In this document: positions 17,746-27,664 of the stretch, one piece after another
How the letters are laid out: the number at the start of each line of letters is the position of its first letter
How positions within the stretch are numbered: position 1 is the stretch's first letter
Assembly (NCBI RefSeq): GCF_001735745.1
Contig: NZ_CP017260.1
Span: forward strand, 390,001 to 422,000
DNA length: 32,000 bases
From: Formosa sp. Hel1_33_131
GTDB taxonomy: Bacteria > Bacteroidota > Bacteroidia > Flavobacteriales > Flavobacteriaceae
Direction: 5' to 3'
Translations under genes and position numbers: made by a program
Notes under the pieces: model-generated
Databases searched by the model: none
The model's input: only the letters and a program-made list of their open reading frames with translations
Told to the model about the DNA's origin: nothing

Positions 17746-18306
17746 ATGTCATTAACGCCTTCCAATATGCTTCCCTTAGGAACTGAAGCACCAAATTTTG
17801 AACTATGGGATTCTGTTTCAGATTCTACAAAAACATTAAACAAACTGAAAGGGACTCAAGGAACTTTAATCCTATTTATATGCAATCATTGTCCGTTTGT
17901 CATTCACATCAATGAAGCTTTGGTTTCTCTTTCAAATAACCTTCAAAACAAAGGAATTGGTGTGGTTGCTATTTCTAGCAATGATGTCGAGAATTACCCT
18001 CAGGATGGCCCAAAACAAATGCAATTACACGCTAAAAACGCAAACTATGCTTTCCCCTATTTGTACGACGAAACGCAATCCGTAGCTAAGGGCTATGAAG
18101 CCGCTTGTACCCCTGATTTTTTTCTTTTTGACGCAGACTTAAAACTTGTATATCGAGGTCAATTGGACGACTCTAGACCAGGTAACGGATTGCCCGTTGA
18201 TGGTGCTGATTTGTTGCATGCCGTCCAATGCATGATTGAAAACAAAACGAATGCCCGTCCACAAAAACCGAGCATCGGATGTAATATCAAATGGAAAATA
18301 TCCTGA
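17746..18306 (+). CDS. Thioredoxin-fold thiol-disulfide oxidoreductase (AhpC/TSA, peroxiredoxin-like)
   Basis: 186 aa with the CxxC motif in LILFICNHCPFV and a PRX-like-1 type sequence (NDVENYPQDGP...YLYDETQSVAKGYEAACTPDFFLFD). Confidence 0.82.
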   Translation: MSLTPSNMLPLGTEAPNFELWDSVSDSTKTLNKLKGTQGTLILFICNHCPFVIHINEALVSLSNNLQNKGIGVVAISSNDVENYPQDGPKQMQLHAKNANYAFPYLYDETQSVAKGYEAACTPDFFLFDADLKLVYRGQLDDSRPGNGLPVDGADLLHAVQCMIENKTNARPQKPSIGCNIKWKIS

Positions 18307-18367
18307 TTTATTTGTTTTAAGGCTAAAATCAATTACTTTTGAGTTAGAACCCCAAATTCTAACTCTT

Positions 18368-19264
18368 ATGAAAACTGCTCTTCTTTTGGTACTGTGTACT
18401 TTTTTTTCTTACACTAATTCCTATTCCCAAGAAATTAATTTCTACAAAAACGCTCAAGGAGACACCCATATTTGTGGAGAGTTTCCTTTGGACTATTTAG
18501 AACACGATGACGTTTACAACATCTGGTTCAATAAATATTATAATGAATTAAAACTCCCAGAAAAACGACTGCGATTAAAATCTAAACTTAAAAAAACTAC
18601 GGTAGATATCTATCTAGGAACCTGGTGTGGAGACAGCAAAAAATGGGTGCCGCAATTTGTCAAGTTATGGGACGAGCTCGGACTTAAAAGAAGTCAGCTG
18701 CGATTGATTGGTCTTTATAATGACGATGAACGTTATAAAACATCCCCAAATGGAGAAGAGAAAGGCAAGCAAATTCACCGTGTGCCTGTATTTATTTTCA
18801 AAAAAGACAATGTCGAATATGCACGTATTGTGGAATCTCCCAAAAATGATTTGGTAACTGATGTTGTACAAATAGCACTTGGGTTTCCTTCTGCACCTAA
18901 CTATGAAGGCGCTAATTATTTATTTAAGGTATTTGACTCAGAGTCAATTGAATCGATAAAAGAAAATTTTAATGCTCATTATAAAATACTTAGGGATAAG
19001 ACGCGTAACAGTAGAGAATTAAACACTTTGGGCTATGTACTCTTACGAAACAACCGCTCTGAAGAAGCCTTAATCTGTTTTAAACTCAATACTTATTTAT
19101 TTAAATACAACCCCAATGTTTATGATAGTTTTGGAGAAGCTTTGGCGCTTAGTGGCGAGCACGTAATGGCTCTTAAGATGTATGAAAAGGTTTTGGAAAT
19201 AGATCCCGAAAATAAAAACTCAAAGGCTCAAATTAAACACCTAGAAGCATTGATTGGGTTTTAA
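18368..19264 (+). CDS. Secreted thioredoxin-like (CxxS) plus TPR-repeat protein
   Basis: The track ORF 18236..19264 overlaps the previous gene. The signal-peptide start MKTALLLVLCTFFSYTNSYSQ is at the ATG at 18368 (298 aa). A Trx-like segment reads VDIYLGTWCGDSKKWVP. The C-terminal TPR-like helices read ...YDSFGEALALSGEHVMALKMYEKVLEIDPEN. Confidence 0.75.
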   Translation: MKTALLLVLCTFFSYTNSYSQEINFYKNAQGDTHICGEFPLDYLEHDDVYNIWFNKYYNELKLPEKRLRLKSKLKKTTVDIYLGTWCGDSKKWVPQFVKLWDELGLKRSQLRLIGLYNDDERYKTSPNGEEKGKQIHRVPVFIFKKDNVEYARIVESPKNDLVTDVVQIALGFPSAPNYEGANYLFKVFDSESIESIKENFNAHYKILRDKTRNSRELNTLGYVLLRNNRSEEALICFKLNTYLFKYNPNVYDSFGEALALSGEHVMALKMYEKVLEIDPENKNSKAQIKHLEALIGF

Positions 19265-21198
19265 TCTTGAACCTTTACAATATGTAAATCTTCATATTTG
19301 AGAATATACCCAGCTTCATTTTTATAGCCTCCGTAAGGTTGAAGGAAGTATTGAAATTTATTTTCTAAGTAAGCGGTTTGAAAATTAGAAGTCTGAGTAT
19401 ATAAGGTTCCGAATTTAGAAAGACGCAACAGAATGTCCATAGCTACATCAAAGCCTCTTATGGCATATTTATTAGGGAACGTTCCAAACTGCTGTATATA
19501 CCGTTTTTCAAATGCTTCTGAAAATCGCGATTCAAAATTCACGGATGGGTACTGAAAATGTAAATTAGACAAATCATAATTAGAAATGTTTGCCCCTTCA
19601 AAAGCTCTGTTTTTAGAGGTGGTCATCAAAAATATATCGCGTTCTACCTCCGTTTCATTATCGTCTTCATCCTTTAAAATAGTTGTGCCATTCATTGCGT
19701 TTAACATACTGGTCACATTTGATACAAACCCTTCGTTATTAGATTCCAGAAAAACAAGTGTACGCCCCTCCAAAAGTGCTGCCTGAACATCTTCTAACAT
19801 TAAAAAAAACTGCTCACCACCCTCTTTATCCTGTTTGGAAGTCAGCAAAGAGGCTTCTGGAAATGCTGCTTTTAAATAGTTTGCAGTTGCTAAATTTTTG
19901 GCGTCATATATAATCAATGTTTGATGCGGTATGGTATCGGATTTTGCATAATTGACTATTTTAGTCCGCATCCATTTTTCATCTGGAATGGTTTGAAACA
20001 GATTTGGGAAAACGTTTTTAGTTTTCACAAAAGGTGAGACCACAGCCACACTATCTATTTGAACATATTTAGCTGTCAACTCTAAATTTCGAGTTGTAAT
20101 AGGTCCTAGAATAGCATCATACTCAGAAAAATTTGTTTGTAGTAATACCGTTTTCAAATCAAGCGTTTCTGCATTGGTATCAAATACATCCAGTTTTGTG
20201 GAAATCCCAAGACGTTTGGCAGAATCAATCGCCATGACTACACCCGCATAAAAGTCTGTAGAAATATTAATATACCCATCTCTTTTAAGTTGGCTCTTAG
20301 CTAGATTAAGAGAATCAAAATCGATACTTTTTGTTTTAAACGGTAATAAAAGAGCGATCCTTTTAGGAGAAAAATTAACTAAACTATTTGCTAAATTAAT
20401 CACAGGAAACGACTCTGTTGCAATATTTTGAATACTCATCTTAGGGGTCTTTAACACCATTCCTAATTTCAACCCTTGTTCAATCAATTCGGGGTTAAGG
20501 GTTTCCAATTGTTCTTTTGTTAATCCTAACTTTTTTTCGAGTCTATAAAACCCTTCTTTTGCCTTTACAGTATAATAACCATATTCATCCTCTTCAATCA
20601 CTTTTTCATCTGAATCCAAAATATTTGGAACGTTCAACTGTTGACCTTCATTAAGATAAGGCCCCATGGTTGGATTGAGTGCCTCTAGATCTGGAACAGA
20701 AATTCCAAATTTATAAGCGATGCGCCATTTCCCTTCCTTTGGCAAAACAGTATATTTTTGGATTATCTGAGTAGAAACCTGACTTGTTATCATTTTAAAT
20801 TGAGGAATATAAATTTTATCTCCCCTTCTTAAACTCTTAGAATATAACTGTTTGTTATGTTCTTTTATATCCTCTTGCGTCACCTCAAATTTTTGAGCAA
20901 TCCCAAACAAGGTTTCTTTACGTCTTACCTTATGTACCTTATAAGAAACCAACTCTTTTACAACTTCAATAGAAGTTGATTTAGGAACAAATGACTCTGG
21001 AATGATTAAAACCGTATTCACAGAAAAATTAGATTGTGCATCTGGGTTTAAGGCATAAATATCTGCTGGAGTAATCTTATAAAATTTGGCAATACTCTCA
21101 ACAGATTCTCCAACTTGTACACTGTGAGTTTTTAAATTTTGAGCATAACCAAAACAACTAAAAGCGAAGATTCCTAAAACGATTAAAAACTTTTTCAT
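19261..21198 (-). CDS. Secreted protein with four LysM repeats and a C-terminal periplasmic-binding-protein (type 1)-like domain
   Basis: 645 aa with signal MKKFLIVLGIFAFSCFGYAQ. The four LysM-like repeats start at HSVQVGESVESIAKFY, YKVHKVRRKETLFGIAQKF, YTVLPKEGKWRIAYKF and YYTVKAKEGFYRLEKKL (nt ~20446-21129). The PBP-like C-terminal half reads RIALLLPFK...DFYAGVVMAID. Confidence 0.8.
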   Translation of the reverse strand: MKKFLIVLGIFAFSCFGYAQNLKTHSVQVGESVESIAKFYKITPADIYALNPDAQSNFSVNTVLIIPESFVPKSTSIEVVKELVSYKVHKVRRKETLFGIAQKFEVTQEDIKEHNKQLYSKSLRRGDKIYIPQFKMITSQVSTQIIQKYTVLPKEGKWRIAYKFGISVPDLEALNPTMGPYLNEGQQLNVPNILDSDEKVIEEDEYGYYTVKAKEGFYRLEKKLGLTKEQLETLNPELIEQGLKLGMVLKTPKMSIQNIATESFPVINLANSLVNFSPKRIALLLPFKTKSIDFDSLNLAKSQLKRDGYINISTDFYAGVVMAIDSAKRLGISTKLDVFDTNAETLDLKTVLLQTNFSEYDAILGPITTRNLELTAKYVQIDSVAVVSPFVKTKNVFPNLFQTIPDEKWMRTKIVNYAKSDTIPHQTLIIYDAKNLATANYLKAAFPEASLLTSKQDKEGGEQFFLMLEDVQAALLEGRTLVFLESNNEGFVSNVTSMLNAMNGTTILKDEDDNETEVERDIFLMTTSKNRAFEGANISNYDLSNLHFQYPSVNFESRFSEAFEKRYIQQFGTFPNKYAIRGFDVAMDILLRLSKFGTLYTQTSNFQTAYLENKFQYFLQPYGGYKNEAGYILKYEDLHIVKVQD

Positions 21199-21237
21199 AC
21201 TATAAAATTACTAATTTCCTTTAAACTAATTTAATGG

Positions 21238-22779
21238 TTACTCCCATTCAATGGTTGCAGGTGGTTTTGAACTGATATCATACACCACTCTGTTCACACC
21301 TTTCACTTTATTAATGATGTCATTTGAGGTTTTCTGTAGAAATTCATAAGGTAAATTCACCCAATCGGCGGTCATTCCATCCGTGCTTTCAACAGCTCTC
21401 AAAGCAACACATTTTTCATAAGTACGCTCATCACCCATCACCCCTACACTATTCACAGGGAGGAGCATTGCGCCAGCCTGCCAAACTTTATCATATAAAT
21501 CCCATTCTCTTAAACCATTGATGAAAATAGCATCAACTTCTTGTAAAATACGAACTTTTTCGGCAGTGATATCTCCTAAAATTCGAATGGCCAATCCAGG
21601 TCCTGGAAATGGGTGACGCCCTAATAATTTTGGGTCAATACCCATCGAAGCACCTACACGTCTCACTTCATCTTTAAACAAAGCCCTTAAGGGTTCTACA
21701 ATATTTAACTTCATATAATCAGGTAACCCCCCAACATTATGGTGGCTTTTTATGGTGGCACTTGGACCTCCGGTTGCAGACACACTTTCAATGACATCTG
21801 GATAGATGGTGCCTTGTGCTAACCATTTTACGTCTTGTATCATGTGGGCCTCGTCATCAAAGACTTCAATAAATACACGTCCAATGGCTTTACGTTTCAG
21901 TTCTGGATCTTCAAGTCCTTCAAGGGCATCCAAAAAGCGTGCCGAAGCATCAACGCCTTTGACATTTAGCCCCATGCCTTCATATTGTGTTAAAACACTT
22001 GAAAACTCGTCTTTTCGTAACAAACCGTTATTTACAAAAATACAGTAGAGATTTTTACCAATCGCTTTGTGTAATAAAATCGCTGCAACGGTTGAATCTA
22101 CCCCGCCAGACAATCCAAGAACTACTTTATCATCTTGAATTTTAGCTTTTAAATCTGCGACGGTTTCATCCACAAACGAATCTGGAGTCCAATCTTGTTG
22201 AAGACCAGCGATATTAACTAAAAAGTTTTGTAAGAGTGTTTTCCCATCCGTAGAGTGATACACTTCAGGGTGAAATTGAATGGCATAAGTCGCTTCTCCT
22301 TCAATTTTATAAGCTGCATTTTCCACATCGTGGGTACTGGCAAGCAAGACGCCGTTGGTTGGCAATTCTTTGATCGTATCACTGTGGCTCATCCAAACTT
22401 GACTGCCTGCATTTACTCCTTCAAAAAAGACTTCATTCTCTTTTACAAAAGACAAATTGGCTCGGCCATATTCTCTTGTGTTTGACGGCGCTACAACACC
22501 GCCCGAAAAATGAGCTAAATATTGGGCGCCATAACAAACCGCTAACATGGGTTTATGTCCACGAATACCTGATAAGTCCGGGTGCAAAGCAGCGTCGCCT
22601 CTGACAGACTGAGGACTACCTGAAAGCACAACGGCTTTGAATTCGTCTAAATTGGTTGGAATTTTATTGTATGGATGAATCTCACAATATATATTTAGCT
22701 CCCGAACACGGCGAGCTATAAGTTGTGTATATTGAGATCCAAAGTCGAGAATTAATACCTTATCGTGTTGCATGGTCAA
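21238..22779 (-). CDS. guaA: GMP synthase (glutamine-hydrolysing)
   Basis: 513 aa with [26 protein letters not shown] and the C-terminal PPATIEWE. The true start is possibly the ATG at 22773. Confidence 0.96.
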   Translation of the reverse strand: MTMQHDKVLILDFGSQYTQLIARRVRELNIYCEIHPYNKIPTNLDEFKAVVLSGSPQSVRGDAALHPDLSGIRGHKPMLAVCYGAQYLAHFSGGVVAPSNTREYGRANLSFVKENEVFFEGVNAGSQVWMSHSDTIKELPTNGVLLASTHDVENAAYKIEGEATYAIQFHPEVYHSTDGKTLLQNFLVNIAGLQQDWTPDSFVDETVADLKAKIQDDKVVLGLSGGVDSTVAAILLHKAIGKNLYCIFVNNGLLRKDEFSSVLTQYEGMGLNVKGVDASARFLDALEGLEDPELKRKAIGRVFIEVFDDEAHMIQDVKWLAQGTIYPDVIESVSATGGPSATIKSHHNVGGLPDYMKLNIVEPLRALFKDEVRRVGASMGIDPKLLGRHPFPGPGLAIRILGDITAEKVRILQEVDAIFINGLREWDLYDKVWQAGAMLLPVNSVGVMGDERTYEKCVALRAVESTDGMTADWVNLPYEFLQKTSNDIINKVKGVNRVVYDISSKPPATIEWE

Positions 22780-22822
22780 AAGTAATATTTATAAATAAAT
22801 TGAGCCCTAAATTTTGAAACTT

Positions 22823-24424
22823 TTAAAGGGTCAAAACATGAAATTTTTGATTTAAGGGTACAAGCTCTGATTTTAGGTGTTCTATAAACGCACCTCCATG
22901 CTCTAAATAAAACTCTGAAAAGTTAGTAATACGTTCTTGCAAACCTCCATTCGGGAATAATTCTAGATGAATGGCTTCTAGGCGTTCAATATAATCTTTA
23001 TGGACTTTCTTTTCAGCTTTTAAAAGACGTTTTTCTAGCGCTTCCAAACCTTTAATTTGTTTTTTCTCTTGTGCAGACACCGCTCCTTTAAAGGATTTAT
23101 CCGTTTGATCAGCAAGTGTATATAAGTGTTTAAACTGTTGTTTTAAATGCTCCTTTTGAGATGAAAAATCAATAGGCAATGTCACTATTTTTTTGATTTG
23201 AGATTGAATTAACGCTTGTTTATCTTGAAATAAATCGGAAACAGAAACCTTTAGTTTATCTAATTTTTGATGTTGTTTTTCGCTGATTAAAAGCACCGAA
23301 TTTCGGTGTAATAGGATTGGAAATTGGATGTGTTCCGATTCAAAATACGATTTAAGCTGAAGCCAGTATGCCAATTCACCTCCCCCACCAATATAACAGA
23401 GGTTCGGCAAAATTGTTTCTTGATACAAAGGGCGCATGATGACATTCGGAGAAAAGCGTTCAGGATGTGAATTTACTTCTTCCAAAACTCCTGCCAAATT
23501 CCATTCAATATTTGTATTTAAAACCGAGTACAGCCCCTCCTTTTTAACGATACGTTCGCGAAGGTTATCTTTGAGATAAAACAAGTTCAATTCTCGAGGG
23601 TTGACCTGAATTTTATAAGCCGCATCAATTTTTGTTAACTGTTGATTGGTCTTAGAAACGGTTGTAAACACCTGTTGATTTGTAAGTTCAGAAGTGATTT
23701 GTGGAATAAATAACTGCTTTAAAGCAGCATCATTTCCATCGATAATCACCAAGCCCTCAGACCCAAAAAGCGCATGCACAAAATAACGCGTGGCAGATGC
23801 TAAATTTGAATGGCCTAAATATGCTTTTTTAACTAAGGCTTTAAGCGCCAATGCCTGACTCGAATTGCCTAATACACTGGAAAATACTTCAATAAATTCC
23901 GAAAGTTCTGAGGTGGATAAAGCACCTACAGCCCCCGATGTTTTTTGAGTCCATTGGAACCGTTTATTTTGAAAATTGAAATGATTAATTTCCTCAAAAT
24001 CATGATCTTCTGTAGCCATCCAAAAGACAGGTACAAACTTATTTTTAGGGTATTTATTTTTTAATTCTTTCGCTAAATTAATCGTCGATATAATTTTATA
24101 CAAAAAATATAGCGGCCCACCCAACAGGTTTAATTGATGTCCCGTGGTGATAGTAAAGGTGTTTTCATTTGTCAAAGACTGAATCGCTTGAGTGGTCAAT
24201 TCAGACGGCTTAATTCGAGTGTATTGTTTTGACAATGCTGTTACTAAAACGCTTCGTTTCTCAGAATTGAATTCAGATTTCTTTGCTTCTAATTGGGCTT
24301 TAAAATTTTCTAAAGTTGGAAACCGCTTATACAGGGATTGTAGTTCCGGGCGGTTTTCTACATAATCGCAGATGAGCTTGGATACAAAGGCAGTGTCTCG
24401 AAAAGAAATACAGTCTGTTGGCAT
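22823..24424 (-). CDS. bshC: Bacillithiol biosynthesis cysteine-adding enzyme BshC
   Basis: 533 aa. The length, the N-terminal pattern (ISFRDTAFVSKLICDYVENRPELQSLY) and the coiled-coil C-terminus fit the BshC/YllA family as found in Flavobacteriia. This is a recognition-level call, not an alignment. Confidence 0.72.
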   Translation of the reverse strand: MPTDCISFRDTAFVSKLICDYVENRPELQSLYKRFPTLENFKAQLEAKKSEFNSEKRSVLVTALSKQYTRIKPSELTTQAIQSLTNENTFTITTGHQLNLLGGPLYFLYKIISTINLAKELKNKYPKNKFVPVFWMATEDHDFEEINHFNFQNKRFQWTQKTSGAVGALSTSELSEFIEVFSSVLGNSSQALALKALVKKAYLGHSNLASATRYFVHALFGSEGLVIIDGNDAALKQLFIPQITSELTNQQVFTTVSKTNQQLTKIDAAYKIQVNPRELNLFYLKDNLRERIVKKEGLYSVLNTNIEWNLAGVLEEVNSHPERFSPNVIMRPLYQETILPNLCYIGGGGELAYWLQLKSYFESEHIQFPILLHRNSVLLISEKQHQKLDKLKVSVSDLFQDKQALIQSQIKKIVTLPIDFSSQKEHLKQQFKHLYTLADQTDKSFKGAVSAQEKKQIKGLEALEKRLLKAEKKVHKDYIERLEAIHLELFPNGGLQERITNFSEFYLEHGGAFIEHLKSELVPLNQKFHVLTL

Positions 24425-24488
24425 AGCATTTACTTAATGGACGTAAAGATACTTTATTTCTTTTGTAGTTGGCACATCTAACATACGA

Positions 24489-25049
24489 TTACAATACATC
24501 CTCTTTATTTCGATCCCGTTGCCATATTACAGGGTTGTTACGAATGTATCTACGGATATTATGCAATGATTTTTCATTACGAATAATGTGATCATGAAAT
24601 CGGGGTTGCCATGCGAAATTTGGATTTATTTGGCGGGATTTGTTCGTCACAACCGATTTATACGATCGGATGACCGTTGAAATGGATCCTCGTTTTGGTG
24701 ATATTTCCATCATTTTTTTGTTTTTCGTATTCCCCGTTGCGAGGTTGCATGCAACGTCGCAACCGATACCGCCCAATTTATCAATCCATAATATCCCATG
24801 AATATGATTTGGCATGACCACCATTTCGTCCAATCGAATAAATGAAAAATGTTGTGGAATTTCGTCCCAATATTTTTGGGCATTATCCCCAATCCCATTA
24901 AAAATCATTTTACCGTCCACAATTTCACCAAAAAAATGTTCACGGTTTTTGGTGACAATGGTGATGAAATATGCCCCTTCTGATGAATAATCATATCCTT
25001 TCAGTCGGATGGATTCGATACGGTATTTGTTTAAATATTTTTTAGCCAT
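24489..25049 (-). CDS. REP-associated tyrosine transposase-like protein (RAYT; HUH/Y1 IS200-like superfamily, COG1943 type)
   Basis: The track ORF starts at a TTG (25061); the ATG at 25049 gives MAKKYLNKYRIES... (186 aa). The HUH motif is in VMPNHIHGILWI and the candidate catalytic Tyr is in VIRSYKSVV. The family-typical C-terminus reads WQPRFHDHIIRNEKSLHNIRRYIRNNPVIW. There is no tnpB neighbour. Confidence 0.82.
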   Translation of the reverse strand: MAKKYLNKYRIESIRLKGYDYSSEGAYFITIVTKNREHFFGEIVDGKMIFNGIGDNAQKYWDEIPQHFSFIRLDEMVVMPNHIHGILWIDKLGGIGCDVACNLATGNTKNKKMMEISPKRGSISTVIRSYKSVVTNKSRQINPNFAWQPRFHDHIIRNEKSLHNIRRYIRNNPVIWQRDRNKEDVL

Positions 25050-25276
25050 GATCTGTGACAAATTTGGGGAATTTGACCTAAGGTTCAGGAGTCCATACCC
25101 GAATTGACCTTATTATTATAAATTTATAAAAAATAAATATAATAAAAAAACAGAACTTTTATAATATCGAAATGACATCAGGCAGCAATTGCCTTATGTA
25201 TAATAGGGATGTTATAACAAATGAATGCTTGATGGAATTAAAAAAATAGTAATTTGAGTGCACAGGGCTTCAGGCC

Positions 25277-26578
25277 TTATACCACTTCTGCATACAGATC
25301 AAAATCAGCAGCTTCCGTGACCTTAACCGTTGCAAACTCACCCGTTTTAAGGTAGGTTTTAGAAGCATTAATGAGTACTTCATTATCCACGTCGGGAGAA
25401 TCAAATTCCGTGCGTCCTACAAAGTATTCGCCTTCTTTACGATCAATCACAACCTTGAAAGTCTCTCCTATTTTGGCTTGGTTCAATTCCCATGAGATTT
25501 GAGATTGAATTTCCATGATTTCGTTGGCACGTGCCATTTTTACCTCTTCTGGCACATCGTCCTCTAAATTAAATGCGTGTGTGTTTTCTTCATGTGAATA
25601 GGTAAAACAGCCTAAACGCTCAAAACGCATGGCTTCTACCCACGCTTTTAGGGTTTGGTAATCTTCCTCTGTTTCGCCTGGATAACCAACAATCAAAGTG
25701 GTTCTGATGGTCATTTCTGGAACTGCTACTCTAAAGTCTTTAAGGAGCTTGGTTGTTTTTACTTGGGTGGTTCCACGACGCATGCTTTTCAGAATTTTAT
25801 CTGAAATATGCTGTAATGGAATATCAATATAATTACAAATTTTTGGTTCGCGTTTCATCACATCCAATACATCCATCGGGAATCCTGTTGGAAATGCATA
25901 ATGCAAACGAATCCATTCGATACCATCAACCTTTACTAACGCTTCTAAAAGCTCGGCAAGGTTTCGTTTTTTATAGATATCTAATCCGTAGTACGTCAAA
26001 TCTTGTGCAATCAACACCAATTCTTTAACGCCGTTGGCTGCTAATTTCTCAGCTTCTATGACTAAATTTTCAATGGGTGTCGATTTGTGTTTTCCACGCA
26101 TCAAGGGGATGGCACAAAAACTACAAGGACGGTCGCAGCCTTCTGCAATTTTTAAATAGGCGTAATTTTTTGGCGTCGTTGTGAGACGTTCACCTATCAA
26201 TTCGTGTTTATAATCGGCTCCTAATGCTTTGAGTAATTGTGGTAATTCGGTCGTTCCAAAATACTGATCGACATTGGGAATTTCTTTTTGTAAATCTGGT
26301 TTGTAACGTTCACTTAAACAACCCGTCACAAAGACTTTATCAACTTCGCCATCTTCTTTTTTCTGCATGTAATCTAAGATGGTGTTGACACTTTCTTCTT
26401 TTGCGTTTTTGATGAACCCACAGGTATTAATCACCACAATATTACCTTCTTCTTCATGGACTACCTCTTTTCCGCTGGCTTTGAGTTGGCCCATTAACAC
26501 TTCACTATCATAGACGTTTTTACTACATCCTAAAGTGATGACATTAATTTTATTTTTTTTAAGTGTTTTGGTTCTCAT
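25277..26578 (-). CDS. rimO: Ribosomal protein S12 methylthiotransferase RimO (radical SAM)
   Basis: 433 aa with INVITLGCSKNVYDSE, the radical-SAM motif CDRPCSFCAIP and a C-terminal TRAM domain. Confidence 0.93.
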   Translation of the reverse strand: MRTKTLKKNKINVITLGCSKNVYDSEVLMGQLKASGKEVVHEEEGNIVVINTCGFIKNAKEESVNTILDYMQKKEDGEVDKVFVTGCLSERYKPDLQKEIPNVDQYFGTTELPQLLKALGADYKHELIGERLTTTPKNYAYLKIAEGCDRPCSFCAIPLMRGKHKSTPIENLVIEAEKLAANGVKELVLIAQDLTYYGLDIYKKRNLAELLEALVKVDGIEWIRLHYAFPTGFPMDVLDVMKREPKICNYIDIPLQHISDKILKSMRRGTTQVKTTKLLKDFRVAVPEMTIRTTLIVGYPGETEEDYQTLKAWVEAMRFERLGCFTYSHEENTHAFNLEDDVPEEVKMARANEIMEIQSQISWELNQAKIGETFKVVIDRKEGEYFVGRTEFDSPDVDNEVLINASKTYLKTGEFATVKVTEAADFDLYAEVV

Positions 26579-26601
26579 GAAGGAATATTAAGTACTGTGA
26601 T

Positions 26602-27555
26602 TTATTTGAAAAAAGAATCTACAAATTCAAATTTATTAAAAACTTGAAGGTCTTCTAAACCTTCTCCAACGCCAATATATCTGACAGGAATTTGAAACTC
26701 GTCGCTAATTCCGATGACAACGCCTCCTTTGGCGGTTCCGTCTAATTTGGTAATCGCTAAGGCTGTTACTTCTGTAGCAGCAGTAAATTGTTTGGCTTGT
26801 TCAAATGCGTTTTGTCCCGTAGAACCATCAAGCACCAACAAGACTTCATGTGGTGAATGGTCCACGACTTTTTGCATGACGCGTTTCACTTTGGTTAATT
26901 CGTTCATCAAATTAACTTTATTATGTAAGCGACCTGCGGTATCAATAATAACAACATCGGCATTGGAAGTTACTGCACTTTGTAAGGTGTCAAACGCTAC
27001 AGATGCAGGATCGCTCCCCATGGATTGTTTTATAATTGGAACGCCCACACGATCGGCCCAAACTTGTAACTGATCGATGGCAGCAGCTCTAAAAGTATCG
27101 GCAGCACCTAAGACGACATTTAAGCCTTGTTTTTTAAGCTGATAGGCAAGTTTACCTATAGTTGTCGTTTTACCAGCTCCATTCACTCCAACTACCATAA
27201 TAACGTATGGCTTCTGTGTTTGTGGAACTGAAAATTCGGTTTCTTCACCAGAATTTGTTTCTGATAATAATCCTCCGATTTCTTCTCGCAGAATAAGGTT
27301 TAAAGCTTCGGTACCGACATATTTGTCTTTGGAAACGCGGGCTTCAATACGTTCAATGATTTTTAAAGTGGTATTCACCCCCACGTCACTAGTGACAAGA
27401 ACTTCTTCTAAGTCATCTAATACATCTGCATCAACTTTAGATTTCCCTACAACGACTTTGCTTAGCTTATCAAAGAAAGTGGTTTTAGATTTCTCTAAAC
27501 CCTTATCAAGCGTGGCTTTTTTATCGGAAGAAAATATGTTTTTAAAAAAACTCAT
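26602..27555 (-). CDS. ftsY: Signal recognition particle receptor FtsY
   Basis: 317 aa with GVNGAGKTTTIGKLA, DTAGRLHN and TKLDGTAKGG. Confidence 0.95.
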   Translation of the reverse strand: MSFFKNIFSSDKKATLDKGLEKSKTTFFDKLSKVVVGKSKVDADVLDDLEEVLVTSDVGVNTTLKIIERIEARVSKDKYVGTEALNLILREEIGGLLSETNSGEETEFSVPQTQKPYVIMVVGVNGAGKTTTIGKLAYQLKKQGLNVVLGAADTFRAAAIDQLQVWADRVGVPIIKQSMGSDPASVAFDTLQSAVTSNADVVIIDTAGRLHNKVNLMNELTKVKRVMQKVVDHSPHEVLLVLDGSTGQNAFEQAKQFTAATEVTALAITKLDGTAKGGVVIGISDEFQIPVRYIGVGEGLEDLQVFNKFEFVDSFFK

Positions 27556-27577
27556 AAGTCAACTATTTATCTATTTA

Positions 27578-27585
27578 CAAAAATA
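27578..27585 (-). promoter_or_regulatory. -7 box TATTTTTG for ftsY-rimO
   Basis: Exact TAnnTTTG match on the minus strand, 23 nt upstream of the ftsY ATG (27555) and downstream of the r-protein operon terminator. Confidence 0.4.
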
Positions 27586-27602
27586 GCATTAAATGTGAGG
27601 AA

Positions 27603-27640
27603 ACTAAAAAATAAAAGCCGCTTTGTGATAAAGCAGCTTT
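27603..27640 (-). terminator. Rho-independent terminator of the rpmB-rpmG-small ORF operon
   Basis: On the minus-strand RNA, aaagcugcuuu-aucac-aaagcggcuuu forms an 11-bp stem with one U-G pair (arms 27614..27624 and 27630..27640), followed by uauuuuuuaguuu. Confidence 0.75.
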
Positions 27641-27664
27641 AAATAGGATATTGTCGAAATATGT

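Noticed and set aside
25116-25250. Tiny ORFs in the AT-rich rimO-RAYT spacer: a 20-aa hydrophobic peptide MSFRYYKSSVFLLYLFFINL on the minus strand (25178..25116), and a 25-aa ORF on the plus strand (25173..25250)
   Set aside because: Such ORFs are expected by chance in AT-rich DNA. They have no promoter or start context that I can support and no recognisable family.
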